Source: an uncultured delta proteobacterium (GTDB lineage Bacteria > Myxococcota > Myxococcia > Myxococcales > Myxococcaceae). From it: a stretch of 64,000 nucleotides of DNA. The stretch lies in contig CAVQKE010000006.1 in assembly GCA_963713045.1 (NCBI GenBank), positions 320,001 through 384,000 on the forward strand, read 5' to 3'. Position numbers and translations under genes: made by a program. Position 1 is the first letter of the stretch, and the number at the start of each line of letters is the position of its first letter. This document shows, piece after piece, positions 57,594 to 64,000 of the stretch. The notes under the pieces were generated by a model. It was not told where the DNA came from. It saw only the letters and a program-made list of their open reading frames with translations, and made no database searches.

Positions 57594-58207
57594 GGCCAAA
57601 GGGACACGCCTTTCTTCTCACTTCGCTTGTCGGCGCCTTGGGTTGTCCCGCCACCGGACCGCCGCCGGTGGAGGAAGGCGACGTCGTCTTCCAGCCGTCG
57701 CATTCGGTGAAGAATCTGGCTCTGCAAGCGGCGACCCACTCCAGCTGTGGCCAGCTTGGACTTGTCACCTTCCGCGACGGCAAGCCCTTCGTCTTGGAGG
57801 CACTGGCAACGGTGCAGGCAACGGGGTTAGCCGACTGGCTTCAGCGCGGCGAGGGGGGCCATTACGTGGTGAAGCGCCTCGTCGACTCGAAGCAGGTGCT
57901 GGATGCGCCCTCCCGTCTGGCGCTGCAGAAGCAAATGCGCCGCTTCGAGGGAAGGCCCTACGACGACACCTTGGAATGGAGCGACGAGCGCTTCTACGGT
58001 GCTGAGTTGGTGTGGAAAGTGTACGAAAGGGCGTTGGGAATTCGCCTGGGAGAGCCGCAACGGCTGGGGGACTTCGACCTGTCCGTGCCCCAGGTGCACG
58101 CCAAACTGGCCCAACGCTTTGGCGAGAATGTCCCTCTGGACGAGCCGGTCATCTCCCCGCAGCGCATTTATGAATCCGGCCGGTTGGAAACCGTCGTTAG
58201 CCGGTAG
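57590..58207 (+). CDS. YiiX/YebB-like permuted papain-like (NlpC/P60) lipoprotein, catalytic residues replaced
   Basis: GDVVFQ, ATHS, VLEA, GRPYD..WSD..Y, ELVWKVY and VISP align with YiiX; lipobox-like ALGC. Confidence 0.8.
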   Translation: MRPKGHAFLLTSLVGALGCPATGPPPVEEGDVVFQPSHSVKNLALQAATHSSCGQLGLVTFRDGKPFVLEALATVQATGLADWLQRGEGGHYVVKRLVDSKQVLDAPSRLALQKQMRRFEGRPYDDTLEWSDERFYGAELVWKVYERALGIRLGEPQRLGDFDLSVPQVHAKLAQRFGENVPLDEPVISPQRIYESGRLETVVSR

Positions 58208-58326
58208 CGCTTCCTTCGCGCCTTGTCTCAGCGTTACCGTCGACGGGACAAGACGGGTCTCGCCGGTAAGTGCCCCGGGCCGTCGCCCTTCCTCTGGCCG
58301 CCTCAGGCGCACCCCGCGGAACGACA

Positions 58327-58836
58327 ATGCGCAAAGCCTCAGCCGCCGCGGGCAGCACCGTCTTCTTCTTCGCCGCACCGGGCGTCGTGGTCGGACTCAT
58401 CCCGTACTGGCTGAGCGGCTGGAAGGTGGCCGAGCCACCCTGGCCGACACCCGTGCGGGCCCTCGGCGGCCTGTTGCTTCTGGCGGGCGCAGCGGCGCTG
58501 GTGACTTCCTTCGTTCGCTTCGTCGCCGAAGGCGCCGGCACGCCGGCGCCCATCGCCCCCACCGAAGCCCTGGTGGTGGGCGGCCTGTACCGCCACGTCC
58601 GTAACCCCATGTACTTGGCCGTCCTGGCCACCATTGTCGGCCAGGCGCTTTGGCTGGGGCAAACGCCTCTGCTGCTGTATGCGGCGGCCGTCTGTGCGGC
58701 TTTCGTCTGCTTCGTCCACTTTTACGAAGAGCCGACGCTCCTCAAAAGGTACGGGGCGGAATACGAAGCCTACCGGCGCGGCGTCCCCGCGTGGTGGCCG
58801 CGGCTGCGGCCCTGGCAGGCGGAAGGCCAACGCTAG
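58327..58836 (+). CDS. Isoprenylcysteine carboxylmethyltransferase/PEMT family membrane protein
   Basis: GTPAP, GLYRHVRNPMY and EEPTL..YG.EY..Y...VP.W motifs. Confidence 0.85.
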   Translation: MRKASAAAGSTVFFFAAPGVVVGLIPYWLSGWKVAEPPWPTPVRALGGLLLLAGAAALVTSFVRFVAEGAGTPAPIAPTEALVVGGLYRHVRNPMYLAVLATIVGQALWLGQTPLLLYAAAVCAAFVCFVHFYEEPTLLKRYGAEYEAYRRGVPAWWPRLRPWQAEGQR

Positions 58837-58977
58837 AAGGGAATTTCTGGAAAGGCCCCCGGGCGCGGCGGCGCTTCAAGCGAAGCGCTCGGGCGCGAAG
58901 TCGCCAGGGCCCTGTTGGGCGTGACGGCGCTTCGGGTGTCTGCCTAAGTTGGCAAACAGCAGCGGGAGGGGACGCGC

Positions 58978-59484
58978 ATGGTGATGGGGCTACCGCCGTT
59001 GACGTTTTTCCACACCCTGTTGAGCTTGGTCGGGATTGTCAGTGGCGTGGTGGTTCTGGTGGGCTTTCTCAACGACAGCTGGTTTGCCCGCTGGAATGCT
59101 TGGTTTCTTACCACGACGGTGCTGACCAGCGTCACCGGCTTTCTATTGCCAGCGCCACATTTTCTCCCGTCGCACGGCGTGGGCATTCTTTCCCTGGTTG
59201 TCCTTGGGGTCGCCCTCTACGCTCTCTACAAGAAGCACCTGGTGGGGGGCTGGCGGCGGGCCTACGTCTTCACCTCCGTCATCGCGCTCTACTTGAACGT
59301 CTTCGTCCTGGTGGCGCAACTGTTTGCCAAAGTGCCGGCGCTGAAGGAATTGGCACCCACCCAAACCGAAGGCCCCTTCAAGCTGGCTCAGCTGTTGGTG
59401 CTGGTCGCTTTCGTTGTTCTGGGCACCCTGGCCGCCAAAAACTTTCATCGCGAAGTGCGGGGCGCTCGCGCCTCGGCCCCGTGA
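58978..59484 (+). CDS. Hypothetical integral membrane protein
   Basis: Several TM helices; FHTLLSL, TSVTGF and YLNVFV..Q.F.K.P motifs; GGAGG RBS. Confidence 0.75.
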   Translation: MVMGLPPLTFFHTLLSLVGIVSGVVVLVGFLNDSWFARWNAWFLTTTVLTSVTGFLLPAPHFLPSHGVGILSLVVLGVALYALYKKHLVGGWRRAYVFTSVIALYLNVFVLVAQLFAKVPALKELAPTQTEGPFKLAQLLVLVAFVVLGTLAAKNFHREVRGARASAP

Positions 59485-59524
59485 AGCCCCTTCGCCGGGT
59501 GGACAACCAAACCTCGGTTTCCCC

Positions 59525-60199
59525 ATGACGCTGGAACCCGTCGCCGAAGGCCTGTGGGTGGCCCCTGCGCCGCAGAAGCTTCTGGGCGTTCAGTTGGGAA
59601 CGCGCATGACGGTGGTGCGCCTGTCTGGCGGAGGGCTGCTTCTCCATTCGGTGGTGCCGATGACTGGCGCGCTGAGGAATGAAGTCGAGGCGCTTGGGCC
59701 GGTGGAACACGTGGTGCTTCCGGACCTCTACCACCACCTCCACGTCGGCCCCTGGACGCTGGCCTTCCCCAAGGCGCGGGTGCACGCCCCACCGGGCATG
59801 GCCCGGAAGCGCCCGGACTTGCGCATTGACGCTGAACTTTCCGAAGTGCCGCACCCGGACTGGGCCAAGGATGTGAAGCCCTTTTTCATCTCCGGCTGCG
59901 GCCTGCGCGAGACGGTATTTCTCCACCCCCGAAGTCGCACCCTCATTGTGGCGGACCTGGTCGAGAATTTTCACTCGAGCGACCACTGGCTCACCCGCAC
60001 CTACCTCCGGGCGGGAGGCATTTACGGCCGGGTGGGTTTCAGTCGGCTGCTGCGCTGGCTGTACCGGGAACGTCCGCGCGCCCGTGCCAGCTTGGAGCGC
60101 GTCCTGGCCGAGGATTTCGACAGAATTCTCCTCACCCACGGACAGCCCATCCCCCACGGGGGCAAAGAAGCGCTGCGGCTGGCGTACGGTTGGCTTTAA
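59525..60199 (+). CDS. DUF4336 family protein (metallo-beta-lactamase-like)
   Basis: TRMTVVRL, LGPV.HVV.P..HH, FLHPRSRTLIVADL and RILLTHG motifs. Confidence 0.8.
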   Translation: MTLEPVAEGLWVAPAPQKLLGVQLGTRMTVVRLSGGGLLLHSVVPMTGALRNEVEALGPVEHVVLPDLYHHLHVGPWTLAFPKARVHAPPGMARKRPDLRIDAELSEVPHPDWAKDVKPFFISGCGLRETVFLHPRSRTLIVADLVENFHSSDHWLTRTYLRAGGIYGRVGFSRLLRWLYRERPRARASLERVLAEDFDRILLTHGQPIPHGGKEALRLAYGWL

Positions 60200-60262
60200 G
60201 TTAAGACGTCGGAGGCCGCCCTGGTGGCTGAATCGAAGGCCGGCACACGTCGTCGTTCGGCA

Positions 60263-60282
60263 ATCCGCTTTTGAAAGCGGGT
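60263..60282. terminator. Possible terminator hairpin between convergent genes
   Basis: ATCCGCTT-TTGA-AAGCGGGT stem-loop; weak U-tract. Confidence 0.3.
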
Positions 60283-60372
60283 CTCTCCTCCGCAACGTTT
60301 CTTCATGAGGCGCATGGGCGGCGAGGCGCGCGCACGGGCCGCCCTCTGCCAAGCGACTTTGGCGTCTCAGCT

Positions 60373-61044
60373 TTAGCTAATGCCGGTGAGGATGAGGTTG
60401 AGGGTCATCGCGAGAATGCCGGTGTTGAAGAAGAAGGACAGCAGTGCATGGCCCAGCGTTGCCCGGCGGAAGCGGGTTTCAGTCAGGAAGACGTCGGTGG
60501 CCCCGAAGCACATCCCAACGGTGAAGGCGTAGTAGGCGAAGTCAATGTCCGCCGGCGCCGCGTCGTCGGGAAACCGCAAGCCCCCCGCGTTCCCGTCCTC
60601 CCGGTAGTAGAGGTGGGCGTAGCGAAACGTGAAGGCGGTGTGGACCGCCATCCAGGCGAGGGCGACGGCCAAGAGGGCCAAGACGACGAGGACATCGCTT
60701 GCTTGCGGGGCCAGCGACTTGGCGCTCCGGACAACGGCGTTGCCGGCCAAAAGACAGACCGTCGAGGAAACCAGCACCAGGGCGCGTACCAAGTGACTCC
60801 CCGGGTCGACGGCAGCCGCCCGAGCGCGCGTGGCCTCCGGCGTGTATTTGAGGATGACGCTCCACGCTAAAAACAACAAGACGAGGAGCCCCGCGTCCCA
60901 ACCCGCCATCAGCTGAAACGCCCAGCCACGGTTGGCAGTCACAACGACGCCCGTCAAGACACCGGCCAGAACCGCGGGGATGAAGCGGCCCAGCGCGCGG
61001 TTTCGCCAAGAAGCGTGCTTCCGGGCAGGTGCCGTCGGTGCCAT
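60373..61044 (-). CDS. DUF1345 family membrane protein
   Basis: GWD, HTAF..RYAHLYY, GL.FP, DFAYYAF.VGM and HALLSFFFN motifs. Confidence 0.85.
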   Translation of the reverse strand: MAPTAPARKHASWRNRALGRFIPAVLAGVLTGVVVTANRGWAFQLMAGWDAGLLVLLFLAWSVILKYTPEATRARAAAVDPGSHLVRALVLVSSTVCLLAGNAVVRSAKSLAPQASDVLVVLALLAVALAWMAVHTAFTFRYAHLYYREDGNAGGLRFPDDAAPADIDFAYYAFTVGMCFGATDVFLTETRFRRATLGHALLSFFFNTGILAMTLNLILTGIS

Positions 61045-61068
61045 AGGCCGCCCGGAAGCGTACCGGCG

Positions 61069-62026
61069 CTACTGACAGATGAGGCTGAGTAGGCCTTCCG
61101 GGTCCGGCGGAATTGGGAAGCCGGCCCAATCGCGTGACCGCAGGACTTGCCACAACAAAGGCCCACGCACCGACCGCGGTGGGTTGGGTTCTTCCTGGTA
61201 AATCGGGTCGGCCAAGGCCGCGTCGAGCGGAACCCAACGCACCCCCAAGCCCTTCGTACAGGGTGAGGAGGCCTTCCAACATTTTCGCGTCAAAGGCGCC
61301 GAGGTGCAGAAGGAGAATCTGCCGCACTGGCCGACCGAAGAGACGCTTGGCGGTGTCGTCCGACCAACGCAAGGCTGCCTCGGCAGCCTCGAGGTAGGAG
61401 CCAGTCAAAAGACCAAGTGCGTGGCTGTCGGCCTTGGCCCAACAGCGGGCGTAGGGGTTGTTCCAAGCCCAGTCTTCGAAGTCGATGGTGACTTCCGCAA
61501 TTCGGTAACCCCGCGCCAACAGCGCCTGACGCAGACGCGCCCGGCCAGCCAAGTCCGCCCCCTCATGCAGGTAGGGGTAGCGCAGCACCTTCCAGGCTTT
61601 CTCTCGCGCGGGTCCTGGGCCCATCGTCGACGCCAGCACGGCCTCATTGGCGATGACGTTGGCGAGGAAGTCCTCCACCGAAGCCTTGGACGCGTCCAGG
61701 TGCGTGTAGGTGTGGTTGCCCAGCGGGTACGCAGCGGCCACCCACGCGGTAAGCACTGGCTGGTCCTCCGGGTGCTCGGTCAGCTTGGCGCCGTTGACGA
61801 AGCCATACACCTGCGGCACGTGGTGGCGCAGAAGCACATCCAGCATCTGCTGGCTGAGGTCCACTCGAGAGAGGCCGGGGACGTCCTCCCCGTGTCGAGG
61901 CAAGTCATCCACCGTCACCGCCACTTCAATTGGCCCCGGCGGGGAAAACATCGGCTGCGGATTGCTTTTGCATCCGCCGCCGAATGCGACGGTCAACACG
62001 GCGCTGGCGGTGAGTGCGACTCGCAT
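61069..62026 (-). CDS. Polysaccharide deacetylase family lipoprotein; +1 frameshift near 61250
   Basis: VAVTVDDLP, GNHTYTH, RYPYL, DFEDW and ILLLH. The C-terminus (VRWVPLDAALADPIY) is in a shifted frame. Confidence 0.85.
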
Positions 62027-62141
62027 GGGCAGTCAAACCAGCATGCCAGAGAAGGGCCGCCACCTTGGCCCCAAGACGTCTCCTTCGCCACGCCCGCGGT
62101 TTGCACGCCAGCCGCAGTGCGGGCTAAGGCGCGCCGCTAGC

Positions 62142-62891
62142 GTGGACAACAGCCAGTGGGGGACAGGGAGCCGCAGCTCGACCGAGCAGAAGTTTCTGAG
62201 CGGCCCGCAGCCACGGGGCTTCGAGTTGGCCCGGGCCTGGCATATTTTTTGGGAGCTCCTCCGAGGATTCCGGTCCCTCCACTTTGCTGGCCCCTGTGTC
62301 ACCGTCTTTGGCTCGGCGCGGTACGTCGAGTCGGACGCCTACTACGCCTTGGCCCGGGAAATGGGGGGCGCCTTGGCGCGGGCTGGCTTCACCGTGATGA
62401 CCGGCGGGGGCCCTGGAATTATGGAGGCGGCCAACCGCGGGGCACGGGAGGCCGGGGGCCACTCCATTGGGTGCAATATTAGATTGCCCGTCGAACAGAA
62501 GCCCAACCCCTACCTCGACAAGATGGTGGAGTTCGAGCACTTCTTCGTCCGCAAAGTCATGCTGGTGAAGTATTCGTACGCCTTTGTCGTCATGGCGGGA
62601 GGGTTCGGCACCCTGGACGAACTCTTCGAAGTCTCCGTCCTCATCCAGACGGGGAAAATTCAGGACTTCCCGGTGGTGCTGCTGGGCAGCGAATTCTGGC
62701 GCCCACTCGTCGAGCAGCTGAAGGCGACGCTGCTGGGCCACCACACCGTCGACGCCAAAGACATGGAGCTCATGAAAGTCTTCGACTCGCCTGAGGAGGC
62801 GTCGCAGTACATTCGCCACCGGGCCCTGGCCGGCTTTGGCCTCACTGAGGGGCCGCGGCTTCGCCGCCGCTGGTTTCTTGGCGAGCGCTGA
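62142..62891 (+). CDS. LOG family (TIGR00730) Rossmann-fold nucleotide phosphoribohydrolase
   Basis: VTVFGSAR, TGGGPGIMEAANRGA, FFVRKVM and AGGFGTLDE motifs. Confidence 0.88.
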   Translation: MDNSQWGTGSRSSTEQKFLSGPQPRGFELARAWHIFWELLRGFRSLHFAGPCVTVFGSARYVESDAYYALAREMGGALARAGFTVMTGGGPGIMEAANRGAREAGGHSIGCNIRLPVEQKPNPYLDKMVEFEHFFVRKVMLVKYSYAFVVMAGGFGTLDELFEVSVLIQTGKIQDFPVVLLGSEFWRPLVEQLKATLLGHHTVDAKDMELMKVFDSPEEASQYIRHRALAGFGLTEGPRLRRRWFLGER

Positions 62892-63038
62892 AGCGCCTCA
62901 CCGCCGCTGACCCGGGGGGCCGCTTCCGCCGCCGACAGCCCTCAGGGCCCAGGCTGACAGAATGCGCGCCGCGGGACGGGAAGCCTTGGTACGGTTGCGC
63001 ACTTTGCCGGCCACGTCCGGCCAGAGGAGGAGTCCCTC

Positions 63039-63467
63039 ATGCGTCATCTGTCGCTCGTCGCTTCGGTGCTCGTCCCATCGCTGGCTCTGGCCCAGGCATC
63101 AGCGCCACCGGCCGAAGAGGCGCCAGTCGCCCCGCACACCATGCCGCACCAGCCGAAGACGATGCCCATTCCCAAGTGGAACCCGAAGACGGTGGAAACC
63201 ATCTCGGGAAATCTCGTCGGCGTCTGGCGCGACAAACAGTTTGGAGTTGTTGTCGGCATCGACACCGAAAAGGACGACGTGGTGCTGTGCTCCGTCGGTC
63301 CGGCCTTCTTCATCGACCCCAAGGTTACGTTTGCCGCTGGCGACCAACTCGAAGTGACGGGCTCGCGCGTTCCGTACAAGGGCCGCTCGGAAATGCTGGT
63401 CTCTGTCCTGAAGCGGGGCGACCTCGTCGTGCACGTGCGGAACACCAAGGGCAAGAAGCTCTGGTGA
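63039..63467 (+). CDS. Secreted OB-fold-like protein
   Basis: Signal peptide (ALA-Q); TVETISG, VGPAFF and GDQLEVTGS motifs; GAGGAG RBS. Confidence 0.65.
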   Translation: MRHLSLVASVLVPSLALAQASAPPAEEAPVAPHTMPHQPKTMPIPKWNPKTVETISGNLVGVWRDKQFGVVVGIDTEKDDVVLCSVGPAFFIDPKVTFAAGDQLEVTGSRVPYKGRSEMLVSVLKRGDLVVHVRNTKGKKLW

Positions 63468-63512
63468 GGCTTCTGTCTCCGACGCCGTAATTCGACTGGT
63501 GAGTGCCCGGGG

Positions 63513-64000
63513 TCAGCCCGCCGGCACGCCGCGTGCGGCAGCGACTTTCCGGTAGGTCCGAAGAATGGCCGCCGACATGGCCTCGGCAGAGAAGTCTCGC
63601 TCCACGCGGGCACGTCCTCGCCTGGCCATAGCGTTTTCGCAACTCCGCATTGGCCAGCAGCTGGTTGATGGCCGCCGCCAATGCTGGGGCATCTCCCGGA
63701 GGAACGGTGATGCCCGACTCACCATGGCGACTGACGTAGGGCACACCAGAGTCGAGCGCCGTATTCACCACCGGGACCTGACACGCCATCGCTTCAAGCT
63801 GAACAATCCCGAAGGCCTCACTCCGCGCGACCGAGGCGAGGACGAAGACGTCTGAGGCTAGGTAGTACGGCAGCGAGGCTGGCCTCGGGGACGTGGCCCA
63901 GGAAGACGACGCGCTTGGACACTCCCAAGGAGCGCGCCTTCGCTTCCAGGCTGGTCCGCAATGGCCCCTCGCCGATGACCAACAGCGTCGCGTCCACGTG
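63513..64000 (-). CDS. Glycosyltransferase family 4, C-terminal part (gene starts beyond the window); +1 frameshifts near 63875 and 63618
   Basis: [40 protein letters not shown] (ExxxxxxxE) and VPPGDA motifs. Confidence 0.85.

Noticed and set aside
63039..63467. Magnetosome MamS/MamX-like assignment
   Set aside because: The resemblance is limited to a generic OB-fold, and there are no magnetosome genes nearby.
1..64000. CRISPR arrays, tRNA/rRNA genes, IS elements, prophage
   Set aside because: No regularly spaced repeats, cloverleaf or rRNA signatures, and no transposase, integrase or phage genes seen by eye.

Overview
GC-rich bacterial chromosomal window, most likely from a myxobacterium (Myxococcota). 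The assignment rests on a MYXO-CTERM-type sorting tail, two Hanks-type Ser/Thr kinases, an MshEN/HEAT protein, long Pro-rich linkers and a near-consensus Myxococcus-type LexA box. It holds about 53 protein-coding genes. I saw no rRNA, tRNA, CRISPR array, transposase or integrase. Housekeeping and envelope genes: acyl-CoA carboxylase beta, prmA-rsmE, hemW, two M16 peptidases, a NatAB-like ABC transporter, PlsC-like acyltransferase, MscS, hutF-argE. DNA repair genes: uracil-DNA glycosylase, long Lhr helicase and LigD with no Ku in the window. The clearest multi-gene system is a bufferin-like RiPP cluster at 52.9-54.9 kb: a Cys-rich secreted precursor, a DUF692/MNIO enzyme and a DUF2063 partner, with an ECF-type promoter, a perfect intergenic hairpin and no DoxX gene. 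Other leads are two long intergenic rod-like hairpins (5084-5259 and 31880-32034) that share a purine-rich motif, a secreted Cys-rich EndoU nuclease with no immunity gene, hutF coupled to argE with no hutG, and several intact proteins that have lost catalytic residues. Eleven 1-2 nt frameshifts in seven genes look like sequencing or assembly errors. All family calls come from motif recognition by eye; no database search was run.
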